The notes under the pieces were generated by a model. That model was given only the letters and a program-made list of their open reading frames with translations. It was not told where the DNA came from and did not search any database. From the NCBI GenBank assembly GCA_036804205.1, contig DAIRSW010000004.1:1-46100 (forward strand): a stretch of 46,100 nucleotides of DNA. Reading direction: 5' to 3'. Below, in pieces: positions 27,064 to 36,806 of the stretch. The stretch is from Verrucomicrobiia bacterium (lineage in GTDB: Bacteria > Verrucomicrobiota > Verrucomicrobiia > Chthoniobacterales > CALDSX01). The position numbers and the translations under genes were made by a program. Every line of letters begins with the position of its first letter. The first letter of the stretch is position 1.

Positions 27064-28035
27064 ATGAAAGTTTTAGTGACCGGCGGTGCCGGCTATATTG
27101 GCAGTATTTGTGTTGAATATCTTTTGGATGAAGGTCACGAAGTCGTGGTCTTTGACAACCTCAGTGAAGGCCATCGAAAAGCGGTGGACCAGCGCGCCGA
27201 GCTGGTTGAGGGCGATCTACGGGAGCAAGACATCATCGCTCAGGCCTTGTTAGAAACCACCCCGGACGCGGTCATGCATTTTGCCGCCAACGCTTTGGTG
27301 GGAGAGTCCATGAAAGCTCCCGAAAAATATTTTCGCAACAACCTTGTCTCCGGGATCAACCTGCTCGAAGGCATGTTGGGTGCCGGGGTCAAACGCATCG
27401 TCTTCAGCTCCACCTGCGCAACCTTCGGCACGCCAGATCGAGTGCCCATTGACGAAACTCTGCCTCAAAACCCCATCAATCCCTATGGCGAAACCAAGTT
27501 GATGTTCGAAAGAACGCTTCGTTGGTACGGCGAGCTGCACGGGTTTACCTTTGCGGCACTACGCTACTTTAATGCCGCCGGAGCCTCAGAAAAGCTTGGC
27601 GAAGATCATCGCATCGAGACTCATCTCATCCCGATTGTGCTGAAAGTCGCGCTCGGTCAGCGAGAGTCGGTCGATATTCTAGGGACCGACTATGACACGC
27701 CCGATGGGACTTGCGTACGTGACTACATTCACGTGAGAGATCTCGCTCAGGCCCATCTGTTGGCCCTTAACCTTGCTGAATCAGGCTACTTCAACTTAGG
27801 AACCGGCGGGGCAACGTCGGTCAGGGAAGTGATTGACACCTGCAAACGCGTTACAGGTAAAGACATCCCGGTGATCGAAAAACCGCGGCGGGCTGGTGAT
27901 CCGGCCCGTCTCATTGCGGCTTCGGAAAAAGCTCGTCGCACCTTAGGTTGGCAGCCGGAATTCAGCGACATCGAATCCATCATTCAGAGCGCCTGGGCCT
28001 GGCACAAGAAGAACCCGCACGGCTACGGAGACTAA
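27064..28035 (+). CDS. galE: UDP-glucose 4-epimerase
   Basis: MKVLVTGGAGYIGS Rossmann motif, a YGETK catalytic YxxxK, and full-length GalE-like sequence. Confidence 0.9.
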   Translation: MKVLVTGGAGYIGSICVEYLLDEGHEVVVFDNLSEGHRKAVDQRAELVEGDLREQDIIAQALLETTPDAVMHFAANALVGESMKAPEKYFRNNLVSGINLLEGMLGAGVKRIVFSSTCATFGTPDRVPIDETLPQNPINPYGETKLMFERTLRWYGELHGFTFAALRYFNAAGASEKLGEDHRIETHLIPIVLKVALGQRESVDILGTDYDTPDGTCVRDYIHVRDLAQAHLLALNLAESGYFNLGTGGATSVREVIDTCKRVTGKDIPVIEKPRRAGDPARLIAASEKARRTLGWQPEFSDIESIIQSAWAWHKKNPHGYGD

Positions 28036-28063
28036 TCCAGTGGCAGCATCCGGGTCCCACGCT

Positions 28064-29188
28064 CTAAAAAAACGAAAACCGGAACCCACTTAGCAAAGTC
28101 CACCCTTCGTATCGATCCCCCGACGAAAGCTGGGCGGTGCTATACTCAACCCCGAACTGCAGTTTAAGCTGATGTCCCTGCAAATGGTGGTTTAGGCCAA
28201 CATAAACCGCCTGATAATCTTTGCCGCGTGTGGATGGAAGGTCCGGCGCTTCCCGGTCATAACGACTCGGAATGCTCAATGGCGCATCGCCTTGTCCAGT
28301 CACCCACTGATAGCGGGCCACCGCAAACCATCGCTCCGGAACCAAGGTGACCACCGGATACACAATCCCTCCGTAGACATCCGGAACTCCATCCAGGCCA
28401 ACACCATAGAGCAGATCTGCTCGCCAACGCCAGGTTTCGAAACGCCCATCGTAAGACAATGTTGCCACCTGTTGATAAGGTCGGGTCGCGTTATTTTTGT
28501 TACTGGCCGTTTGAAAAGCGTAGTCAACCCTCAAACTTTGGCTGGGAGCAAATCGGCGTCCGATTCCACCATAAAAAACCGCACCCCCCTCAAAACTGGG
28601 CGTGTTCCAATCCGCATCCCGAGAGGCAGAATACACCCCTAAGCTGTAAAGCCAGTCCTGGTGGCTCCCGTCCCAAAGAACGCCCCACATCTTATCGTGA
28701 ACAGCTTGTGGAAACAAGATAGAGCGCTCGACCGTGTCCAAGCTGTTCGATGCTTGCCACCACTCATTGGTAAGGCGGGTTTGCAGCCTCCCTAAATAGA
28801 GAGTGTTGTGAGGATTTGGTTTCCAGCGAAGCCGCACTTCCTCAACACTACGGATAAAGCGTCCGCCTCCTTCAAGGCCCAGGTTTAGATTAAAGTCGAA
28901 AATCCAATCACGAAAAAACACCGCCTGCATTCCAAGCCGAGCGCGACGGGTCTGCCAGTCGCGAGCCGTTCCAAAGTTCGAATCGAGGCTCCAAAAATTA
29001 AGATGATAACGCCCAATAAAAGCCACCTTTTGCAGCCAAGGATGCTCATCATCCTGGTGGAGAACCGGATAATCCCATAGGTGTTTCAGTTCGAATACCG
29101 GATCGGTGTCCGCGACAGCCCGTTGGCCGCTGAAAATCAAGTGTGAAGCGAGGACAAGGAGAAATAATTTACCATTCAAGAAAGACAC
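28064..29188 (-). CDS. outer-membrane porin (possibly phosphate-selective porin O/P-like)
   Basis: Signal peptide, aromatic/Gly-rich beta-strand periodicity, and a C-terminal SGFRFSFF. The family assignment is tentative. Confidence 0.6.
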   Translation of the reverse strand: MSFLNGKLFLLVLASHLIFSGQRAVADTDPVFELKHLWDYPVLHQDDEHPWLQKVAFIGRYHLNFWSLDSNFGTARDWQTRRARLGMQAVFFRDWIFDFNLNLGLEGGGRFIRSVEEVRLRWKPNPHNTLYLGRLQTRLTNEWWQASNSLDTVERSILFPQAVHDKMWGVLWDGSHQDWLYSLGVYSASRDADWNTPSFEGGAVFYGGIGRRFAPSQSLRVDYAFQTASNKNNATRPYQQVATLSYDGRFETWRWRADLLYGVGLDGVPDVYGGIVYPVVTLVPERWFAVARYQWVTGQGDAPLSIPSRYDREAPDLPSTRGKDYQAVYVGLNHHLQGHQLKLQFGVEYSTAQLSSGDRYEGWTLLSGFRFSFF

Positions 29189-29371
29189 AATGGATGTCTA
29201 TATCGCATTAGCGAGGCTGTCTACTCCTTACTCGATTTTCTCAAAGGTTTTGGTCTGCCGCTTCCCCGAAGAGCCCCACCCTCGGCGGAGAATGACTTTT
29301 CTTTGAACCAAAGCTTCGCTTTGGTCTTTAACCATCCAGGGTCGCAACCTAACTCAGGCGGAAACGCCCAG

Positions 29372-29554
29372 CTAGGAGATTTGGATATTAAAGATCCCGA
29401 CCAACCCAATGATGATCAGGTAGGCGGCGACGATATAATTCAGCAATTTCGGAAAAATGAGAATGCAAATCCCGTCGATGAGGGCGAACAGGTGGTGAAG
29501 TTGAATAACCATAAGCTCAAATAGCATACGGGTGGCATTTAGCAAGCCCAACAT
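29372..29554 (-). CDS. small membrane protein, DUF3096-like
   Basis: A 50-60 aa two-helix protein with ILIFPKLLNYIVAAYLIIIGLVG, resembling DUF3096. The start is uncertain. Confidence 0.5.
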   Translation of the reverse strand: MLGLLNATRMLFELMVIQLHHLFALIDGICILIFPKLLNYIVAAYLIIIGLVGIFNIQIS

Positions 29555-29562
29555 CTAGCGGA

Positions 29563-32500
29563 CTACGATTCATCCTGTGCTTTGGAGAAATACGCTTTGG
29601 CATCGTCCAAGATGGCATAAAGGCAAGGAATCAGAATCAAGGTGATCAGCGTGGCAAAGCTCAGACCGAAGACGATTGCCTGCGCCATAGGAGCCAGAAA
29701 TTGTTCCTGTCCGCTTGTGGTGCTCGCCAATCCCAAGAGTCCAGCCACCGTCGTGGCGGTGGTCAAAACGATTGGACGAAAACGGTGTTGGCCACTGACC
29801 ATAATTGAGCGCCAGCGCATCAAACCATCAAGTCGACGTGGTTGTTCCCGGACATTCTCGATCTCGTCATCTGCGAACTGGTCGCGGCTATGCTGATGAC
29901 GATAGCGATTCATAAAGTCCACAAACACCACCGAATTGTTTACCACAATGCCGGCCAAAGCGATCATGCCCATGATGCCCATGAGGCCCATGGGTTGTCC
30001 AATAAATATCAAGCCCGCGTAGACCCCCACAAACCCAAAGGGAATCACCGCCATGATGATAAGCGGCTGGAGAAACGAATTGGTAATCGTCGCGAGCAAG
30101 GTATAAATCAAGGCAATCGCGATAAGCCCCGCAAAAAGCATGGCTTGCATGCTACGCTGAGTATCTTCATTTTCACCAGCCAGATTAATGCGATACCCCG
30201 GCTGCTCTTCGAGCAGCTTTGTTACGAATTTTTCCAGCTCCTCGTTAACCGCTTGTGATGTGGTCAGCGAGGTGTCGACATCGGCCGATACCGTGATGAC
30301 CCGGTCACGATTTAAGCGCTTAAAACGCGCAACTCCGGATGTGGCCACAATTTGAGCCACGCTATCCAAACGCGCTCCGCCCTGCGGCGTGTTTAGCCAA
30401 AAGCTCCGCAGCCAATCCGGGTCGTGGGCATACCGCTCGTCCATCTTCACACGCACCGTGATTTCGCTGTCGCCCCATCTCATGCTGGAGACCTCGGTGC
30501 CGCGAAATGCTGCTTGAAGATTCTGGGCAACTTCGGTTACGTCAAGACCGACCCGGTTGGCGCGGTCATCATCAATGACAATCTGAAATTCGGTCTTACC
30601 ACGCGGCCAGTCGTTGCCGATATCCCTCACGCCGGCCACAGTTCGTAGGTGATCCTCCAGGCGGTCGGCAAGATTCAGCATGCCGTCAAGCTCGGGGCCT
30701 TGAATCTGCGCATTCACCGCTGCCCCCACCGGTGGCCCGCCCTGATCGGCTTCCACAATGATTTTGGTAAACAGCGGGAATTCGGCCACCAGATCCCGGA
30801 GGTCCGGCACAATCTCAGATGGACGTCGACATTCCGGATGTTGCTCATTAAGGTCGACCGTGATCATGGCAAGGTTACTGCCATACTCTAAAAGCTCGTT
30901 TGCAATGTCGAGCTTAGCTCCCACCCGAGAAATTATGGCAAGCACATCGGTTGAAGGCATGACCTCAATGATTCTGCGTTCCAAGTCAGCCACAGCCCGC
31001 GCACTTTCTTGAATGGTGGTGTCTGGCGGCATTTCGAGCTTGATCAGTACGTCATCAGCCCAATCTGTCGCGAACAGCCGGAAGGGGATCACGCCGTTGG
31101 CCACCGCAACGATCGAGCCAACCAATAAGGCCACAAACCCGGCAATGGCCGCGTATCGCCAGCGTAGACACACCTTAAGCAAATAAAGATACAACTCGGT
31201 GAGCCCTCGAAAAGCTCGCTCCGTGATGGCCCGAACCTCGCTGTAAGTCAACGAGACTTGCAGACACATCCAGTGAAATGGGTTATGCGTGCTCCTTAAT
31301 CTAGTTCGAATGCTGGAAGTGCTTTCCGGCAAACGCACGAAATCGGAGATATGACTCGGCAACACCAGAAACGCTTGCACCAAAGAAAAAACTAAAGCAC
31401 TAATCACCACCAAAGGTACGACGGATAAGAATTTGCCAATAATGCCTTCGCCCCAGATGAGGGGCAAAAACGCGGCCACCGTCGTGCTCACGCTGCCCAC
31501 CACTGGCCAGAAGACTTCCTGCACACCCTCAATAGCGGCTCGCACAGGGGGTAAGCCCTCTTCATAACGTCGATACACATTTTCAGCGACCACAATGGCA
31601 TCATCCACCACCATGCCCAAGGCCATGATCATGGCGAATAGACTTAGCATGTTGATGGAGGCACCCATGGCTTCCAGCACCAGAAAAGTTCCTGCGAATG
31701 AAACAGGCAGACCGATGGCCACGATGACAGCAAGTCGCCAGTTCAAAAGGAGGACAAGCAGGACGGCGACCAAGAGCAGGGCTTGAAAGCCGTTTTTCAC
31801 CACCGTCTCGACCCTAGTCCGGATGAAGCGGGTGTTATCCTTGATCACCCGAGCGGTGAGTTCATCCGGCAACGCCTTCGTCGCCTCAAGAAATGCTGCT
31901 CGCGCGGCCTCAGCTGTTTTAATCGCATCCGCACTGCTGCTTTTGACGATGGTGTAGTTGATGGCCGGTTGCCCATTGAAGCGACCGAATCGTTCCGCGC
32001 GTGCCGTGGTTTCCTTGACGGTGGCGATATCCCGCAGGAGCACCAGGCCACCATCGCTTTGGCGCACCGGAAGAAATTCCAACTCCGAAGCATCTTGGAC
32101 CTGGCCCAAAACACGAGCGACGCGTTGGCCTCCTAGCCCGTCCAGCCGACCGACTGCGGTGCTGATGTTGCGGCGTGCGACCATCTGACCAAGCTCGGGA
32201 AACGAGAGGCCCAAGCCACGCAACTTGATGGGGTCCACCTCGATCCACAATTCGCGATCTTGCAATCCATCCACCAAAACGTTGGACACTCCGCGAGCTT
32301 GTCGGAGCCGACGTTCAATAAAGTCCAGTTCTTCCCGGACGGTTCTTAGATCAAAATCCGGGGGATAACTGATTCCAAAAGTCACTAACGGTAACGGAAT
32401 ATCAAATTCTTCGACGATGGGATCCTCGGCCGAACTTGGTAGCTCGCCTTTGGCCAGGTCCACCGCCTGCCTCACTTCACTGAGGATAGGTTGCATGTCC

Positions 32501-32808
32501 GTGACCGACGGATCGATCTCGATAAAAATATTGGAAATGTTGTCTTCAGAGAAAGACAAAAGTCGGGAGACGTCCGAAACATCCGACAACTTGTCCTCAA
32601 GGGGAACCGTGATGGTCCGTTCGATGTCTTCGGGAACACTGGTCGTGGTGTCCACCGTAGTGATGGTGATAAAGTTGGTGCTGACGTCTGGAAAAAGATC
32701 GACGTTCAGCCGGAACGCGGCTGTGTAGATCCCTGCGCTTAGCAAGGTCAAAGTGAGCAGGTTAACCGCGACCCGGTTCTTAACGCTCCATCGTGCAAGT
32801 TGACTCAT
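29563..32808 (-). CDS. RND efflux transporter permease (AcrB/HAE family)
   Basis: 1081 aa with the 12-TM ACR_tran architecture: two large periplasmic loops and a conserved TM4 MVVDDAIVV motif. Confidence 0.95.
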   Translation of the reverse strand: MSQLARWSVKNRVAVNLLTLTLLSAGIYTAAFRLNVDLFPDVSTNFITITTVDTTTSVPEDIERTITVPLEDKLSDVSDVSRLLSFSEDNISNIFIEIDPSVTDMQPILSEVRQAVDLAKGELPSSAEDPIVEEFDIPLPLVTFGISYPPDFDLRTVREELDFIERRLRQARGVSNVLVDGLQDRELWIEVDPIKLRGLGLSFPELGQMVARRNISTAVGRLDGLGGQRVARVLGQVQDASELEFLPVRQSDGGLVLLRDIATVKETTARAERFGRFNGQPAINYTIVKSSSADAIKTAEAARAAFLEATKALPDELTARVIKDNTRFIRTRVETVVKNGFQALLLVAVLLVLLLNWRLAVIVAIGLPVSFAGTFLVLEAMGASINMLSLFAMIMALGMVVDDAIVVAENVYRRYEEGLPPVRAAIEGVQEVFWPVVGSVSTTVAAFLPLIWGEGIIGKFLSVVPLVVISALVFSLVQAFLVLPSHISDFVRLPESTSSIRTRLRSTHNPFHWMCLQVSLTYSEVRAITERAFRGLTELYLYLLKVCLRWRYAAIAGFVALLVGSIVAVANGVIPFRLFATDWADDVLIKLEMPPDTTIQESARAVADLERRIIEVMPSTDVLAIISRVGAKLDIANELLEYGSNLAMITVDLNEQHPECRRPSEIVPDLRDLVAEFPLFTKIIVEADQGGPPVGAAVNAQIQGPELDGMLNLADRLEDHLRTVAGVRDIGNDWPRGKTEFQIVIDDDRANRVGLDVTEVAQNLQAAFRGTEVSSMRWGDSEITVRVKMDERYAHDPDWLRSFWLNTPQGGARLDSVAQIVATSGVARFKRLNRDRVITVSADVDTSLTTSQAVNEELEKFVTKLLEEQPGYRINLAGENEDTQRSMQAMLFAGLIAIALIYTLLATITNSFLQPLIIMAVIPFGFVGVYAGLIFIGQPMGLMGIMGMIALAGIVVNNSVVFVDFMNRYRHQHSRDQFADDEIENVREQPRRLDGLMRWRSIMVSGQHRFRPIVLTTATTVAGLLGLASTTSGQEQFLAPMAQAIVFGLSFATLITLILIPCLYAILDDAKAYFSKAQDES

Positions 32809-32829
32809 AGTGTTCGTCCTTCTTGCTAA

Positions 32830-33870
32830 TTAAGGAATTACAATTTGCGCACCTTCGGACACTCCAGAAAAGACCGGATAAAATCCCTGCACCTCAGGCC
32901 CCAGCTGCACGGATTGAGGAGTGCCCTTTTTAGTCTCCGCGTCCCAAACAAAAATCTGCGCTTGAGCCCCACGAAAACCAACGGCAGATGCAGGCACGAC
33001 CGGTAGGCCTTCAAATCGGGCCGTCTTGGCATGAACCCAAGCCGAAATACGAGCTGGCAGGTCTTCATCTTGTGCCGCTAAGCGTGCTTCAACCCGGAAC
33101 AGACGAAGCTCAGGATTTGCGGCGCGTGCCACATGCACCACCTCCGCGCTTAGGTCTTGACCCGGACGAAGATCGGTTGTTAAAACGACCGGGGCTCCGA
33201 CTGAAAACGTCTGCACTATGGTTTCGGGAACAAAAAAGACCACCCGATACTGGGACACATCAAGAAACTCATAGACCGGCTGAAAGGCATTCACCGCATC
33301 ACCTTGGCTCACATGGCGCCGGTTCACCACACCTGCAAATGGAGCGCGAATTTTCGTGCGGCTGAGCCGCTCTTGTCCCAGCTGCACCTCAAGTTTGCTA
33401 AGTTGTTCCCGGGCTTCGGCCGCTGCGAGCTCCGTAGCGGCAGCGACATTACGCGCTTGCAAAGACTGGGCCTCTTGCCTTAAGCGTTGGTTCTCTTCGT
33501 AAGCCGCTTGCGCTGAGGCAAGCTCCATTTCGAAAATGGTAGGATCTAGCTCTAGGAGAACGTCATCTTGTTCCGCAACATGACCGACCTCAGCGTGGAC
33601 TCGCAGCACTACGCCATTAACTTCTGCCGGTAGCGCGGCCTCAATCCAGGGCAAAATTTCGGCCGGGATGCGTTGTATTTGCTCAAGATTTTGCCGTGCC
33701 ACTGTGTGCAACAAGGGCTCGGGCATTCGCAGTTCCTCGTTTTCCTCGGCCAAACGACGTTGCAGCTCGACATTGGCAAAATACCTTCCGACCGCCATAA
33801 AAGCAAGGGAAACAAAAAAACCAATAAAGACGATGCCTAAGATGGCACGCTTTCGTGAACGAGAAATCAT
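32830..33870 (-). CDS. RND efflux periplasmic adaptor subunit (MFP)
   Basis: N-terminal TM anchor, a coiled-coil hairpin, and lipoyl/beta-barrel segments. It sits immediately upstream of the RND permease. Confidence 0.9.
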   Translation of the reverse strand: MISRSRKRAILGIVFIGFFVSLAFMAVGRYFANVELQRRLAEENEELRMPEPLLHTVARQNLEQIQRIPAEILPWIEAALPAEVNGVVLRVHAEVGHVAEQDDVLLELDPTIFEMELASAQAAYEENQRLRQEAQSLQARNVAAATELAAAEAREQLSKLEVQLGQERLSRTKIRAPFAGVVNRRHVSQGDAVNAFQPVYEFLDVSQYRVVFFVPETIVQTFSVGAPVVLTTDLRPGQDLSAEVVHVARAANPELRLFRVEARLAAQDEDLPARISAWVHAKTARFEGLPVVPASAVGFRGAQAQIFVWDAETKKGTPQSVQLGPEVQGFYPVFSGVSEGAQIVIP

Positions 33871-33992
33871 AGTTGAGTTACGTTCGCTGATTACGCCAGG
33901 GTGAAACGAAAATCAAATTAAGAGGCACGGATTGTGACCCATTGGCTTGAACTTTTGCTAGAACGAACGTATAGAAAGGTGCGCGTGAAGAG

Positions 33993-34064
33993 GCCCTCGT
34001 AGTTCAACGGATAGAACGGAGGTTTCCTAAACCTTAAATCTGGGTTCGATTCCCGGCGGGGGCA
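33993..34064 (+). tRNA. tRNA-Arg (anticodon CCU), CCA not encoded
   Basis: Hand-folded. Acceptor GCCCUCG/CGGGGGC, anticodon stem GAGGU/ACCUU with loop UUCCUAA, T-loop GGUUCGAUUCC. Confidence 0.9.
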
Positions 34065-34069
34065 TTCTC

Positions 34070-34180
34070 GTGAGCCTGAAGTGAGCCTGAAGTATAACGA
34101 TGGGGCGTAACTGGATGCCGCCAGCCATAACTGGATGCCGTTATGGCGTCGGCTATGACGTTATGGCGTCGGCTATGACG
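34070..34180. repeat. Cluster of three short tandem duplications (11-nt x2, 13-nt motif at 20-nt period x2, 20-nt x2)
   Basis: gtgagcctgaa at 34070-34080 and 34081-34091. taactggatgccg at 34108-34120 and 34128-34140. ttatggcgtcggctatgacg at 34141-34160 and 34161-34180, where the last copy contains the clpC stop codon. Confidence 0.9.
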
Positions 34181-36665
34181 TTGTTTCGGCGGCTTCGGGT
34201 TGGCTTAGCTGGTTGTGCTCGAAGACCAGTTTGTCTCCGTCGCGTCGCACCGTGAGGGTTTCGCCAGGCTTCACGTTTCCCCGTAGCAATTCTTCGGCGA
34301 GCGGATCCTCAAGGTAACGCTCAACAGCACGGCGCATCGGGCGAGCTCCGTAAGCGGGATCATAACCTTTCTCAACCAGAAGATCTTTGGCCGTTTCATC
34401 AAGGCTTATGTGAATCTCTTTGGCACGAATCCGGGTGGTAACTTTTTCGACTTCTAGCTCCACGATTTCGATGAGATCTTTTCTGCTGAGAGTATGGAAG
34501 ACAATCAAATCATCCAGGCGATTCAAAAATTCCGGTTTGAACACTCGCTTGGATTCTTCGAGAATCTTCGAGCGCATGCCTTCATAATCGTCATCAGCAC
34601 CGGCGGCTCCAAAGCCAAGCGAGGTTTGGCGTTTGATGAGTTCGGCCCCGACGTTTGAGGTCATAATGATGATGGTGTTGCGGAAATCAACCTTACGCCC
34701 CAGCGAGTCGGTGACTTTTCCTTCCTCCAAAATTTGGAGGAGCAGGTGCATCACGTCAGGGTGCGCTTTCTCAATTTCGTCAAAGAGCACCACGGAGTAA
34801 GGGCGGCGCCGCACTGCTTCGGAGAGTTGTCCGCCTTCTTCATAACCAACGTAGCCGGGAGGCGAGCCAATCAAGCGGGAAGAAGTAAATTTTTCCATGT
34901 ACTCAGACATATCAATTTGAATGAGGGCGTCACTGTCGCCGAACATAAATTCTGCGAGGCTCCGGGCTAAAAAGGTTTTACCAACCCCGGTCGGCCCGAG
35001 GAAAATGAACGAACCGATTGGGCGTTTGGGATCTTTAAGATCGGCCCTCGACCGGCGCAGAGCTTTGCTGATGGCCACCACCGCTTCGCTCTGTCCGATG
35101 ACGTGGCTTTGCAATTCTTCTTCCATCTTCAGGAGTTTTTGGACTTCCTTCTGTTCCATGCGTTGTAAAGGCACTCCGGTCACTTTGGACACGATGGTCA
35201 TGATGTCTTCTTCAGTGACCACGACTTCCTGTTCCTCGCGGATCTCACGCCATTCTTGCAAAGCTTTGTCGAGGCGCTCTTTGTTTTTCTTTTCCGAATC
35301 GCGTAGAGCAGCGGCTTTTTCAAAATCTTGCGCTTTGATGGCCGCTTCTTTTTGCTGACGAATTTCTTCGATCTCGTTCTCGATATCTTTGAAGTCCGGC
35401 GGACGGGTCATGGAATTAATGCGTGCGCGTGCGCCAGCTTCATCCATCATGTCGATGGCTTTATCGGGAAGAAAACGACCGGTGATGTAGCGTTCGGAAA
35501 GTTTCACTGCCGCCTCAAGCGCCTCATCGGTGAGACGTGCTTTGTGGTGCGCTTCATACTTAGGCCGCAAGCCTTTCAAAATAGCGATGGCGTCTTCGAT
35601 GTTCGGCGCTTCGACTTTAATGGTTTGAAAGCGACGTTCCAGCGCGGCGTCTTTTTCAATGTATTTGCGGTATTCATTGAGGGTGGTCGCTCCGACGCAT
35701 TGCAGTTCGCCTCGGCTCAAGGCCGGCTTGATAATGTTGGAGGCGTCCATGGCTCCTTCGGCTGAGCCGGCGCCCACGATGGTATGCAACTCATCAATGA
35801 ACAGGATGACATTGCGGGCGCGTCGGATTTCGTCCATCACCGCTTTAATTCGCTCTTCGAATTGACCGCGGTATTTGGTGCCGGCGACCATCAAAGCGAG
35901 GTCCAGCGTGATCACGCGTTTGTCGCGAAGGATCTCGGGCACATTACCAACGGCGATTTCTTGAGCGAGACCCTCAGCAATAGCAGTTTTTCCAACGCCA
36001 GCTTCGCCAAGAAGAACCGGGTTGTTTTTGGTGCGGCGGCACAATATTTGAATGACCCTTTCGATCTCATTTTTCCGTCCGATCACCGGATCGAGATCGC
36101 CTTTTTTCGCTAACTCGGTCAGGTCCCGCCCGAAAGCACGCAAAGCGGGTGTTTTAACTTCTTTCTTTCCAGACCCGGCTGCCGCAGCTTCGACGCCCGG
36201 TTCGATTTCGCCTTCCATCGGAGTAAAGTTGGGATCGAGTTCCCGCAAAATCTCGTTGCGCGTGCGTTCGATGTCGACTTCTAAGGAGCGCAACACTCGA
36301 GCAGCGACGCCTTCCCCTTCACGTAGCAGACCCAAAAGAATGTGTTCGGTCCCCACGTAGCTGTGGTTGAGCGAGCGTGCTTCTTTTCCGGCCAGTGCCA
36401 GAACTTTTTTCACACGAGGGGTGTAGGGGATATTGCCTACCATTTTTGTTTCCGGTCCAGAGCCGACTTGCTTTTCAACCTCCATGCGGACCGTATCCAG
36501 ATCGAGCCCCATTTTTTGCAGCACATTCACTGCGACGCCTTGCCCTAGCTTAATCAGCCCTAATAACAGGTGTTCGGTGCCCACATAGTTGTGGTTAAAT
36601 CGCTCGGCTTCTTTCCGAGCGAGGGCCAAAACTTGCTGAGCGCGTGGGGTAAAATTATTCATCAT
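34173..36665 (-). CDS. clpC: ATP-dependent Clp protease ATP-binding subunit ClpC
   Basis: 830 aa. Double Clp_N repeat, two AAA+ modules (GEAGVGKT and GPTGVGKT Walker A), and a UVR motif in the M-domain. Confidence 0.95.
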   Translation of the reverse strand: MMNNFTPRAQQVLALARKEAERFNHNYVGTEHLLLGLIKLGQGVAVNVLQKMGLDLDTVRMEVEKQVGSGPETKMVGNIPYTPRVKKVLALAGKEARSLNHSYVGTEHILLGLLREGEGVAARVLRSLEVDIERTRNEILRELDPNFTPMEGEIEPGVEAAAAGSGKKEVKTPALRAFGRDLTELAKKGDLDPVIGRKNEIERVIQILCRRTKNNPVLLGEAGVGKTAIAEGLAQEIAVGNVPEILRDKRVITLDLALMVAGTKYRGQFEERIKAVMDEIRRARNVILFIDELHTIVGAGSAEGAMDASNIIKPALSRGELQCVGATTLNEYRKYIEKDAALERRFQTIKVEAPNIEDAIAILKGLRPKYEAHHKARLTDEALEAAVKLSERYITGRFLPDKAIDMMDEAGARARINSMTRPPDFKDIENEIEEIRQQKEAAIKAQDFEKAAALRDSEKKNKERLDKALQEWREIREEQEVVVTEEDIMTIVSKVTGVPLQRMEQKEVQKLLKMEEELQSHVIGQSEAVVAISKALRRSRADLKDPKRPIGSFIFLGPTGVGKTFLARSLAEFMFGDSDALIQIDMSEYMEKFTSSRLIGSPPGYVGYEEGGQLSEAVRRRPYSVVLFDEIEKAHPDVMHLLLQILEEGKVTDSLGRKVDFRNTIIIMTSNVGAELIKRQTSLGFGAAGADDDYEGMRSKILEESKRVFKPEFLNRLDDLIVFHTLSRKDLIEIVELEVEKVTTRIRAKEIHISLDETAKDLLVEKGYDPAYGARPMRRAVERYLEDPLAEELLRGNVKPGETLTVRRDGDKLVFEHNQLSQPEAAETTS

Positions 36666-36703
36666 CGTAGGGTGTTAGTTGGCGGGTAAGGCCAAGGTGT
36701 GCG

Positions 36704-36720
36704 ACGAAATAAGATTTCGT
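36704..36720. promoter_or_regulatory. Perfect palindrome ACGAAAT-N3-ATTTCGT in the mcsB-clpC spacer
   Basis: Read directly from the sequence. It lies 39-55 nt upstream of the clpC start. It could be an operator or an RNA hairpin. Confidence 0.3.
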
Positions 36721-36806
36721 ACTATGTGGTAACATGGTCATGACTTCTATCGAATGCAAGCAGCTCTACTTAGTCAAAACTGGGAGTGAAGGGTTAAATG
36801 AGGCCG

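Noticed and set aside
29221-29524. ORFs 29221-29409 (-) and 29303-29524 (+) between the porin and the RND genes
   Set aside because: They overlap each other and the better-supported DUF3096-like ORF, and they have no coding-like composition.
34070-34180. Mini CRISPR array
   Set aside because: The repeats are adjacent tandem duplications with no unique spacers of regular length. Three different repeat units occur only twice each.
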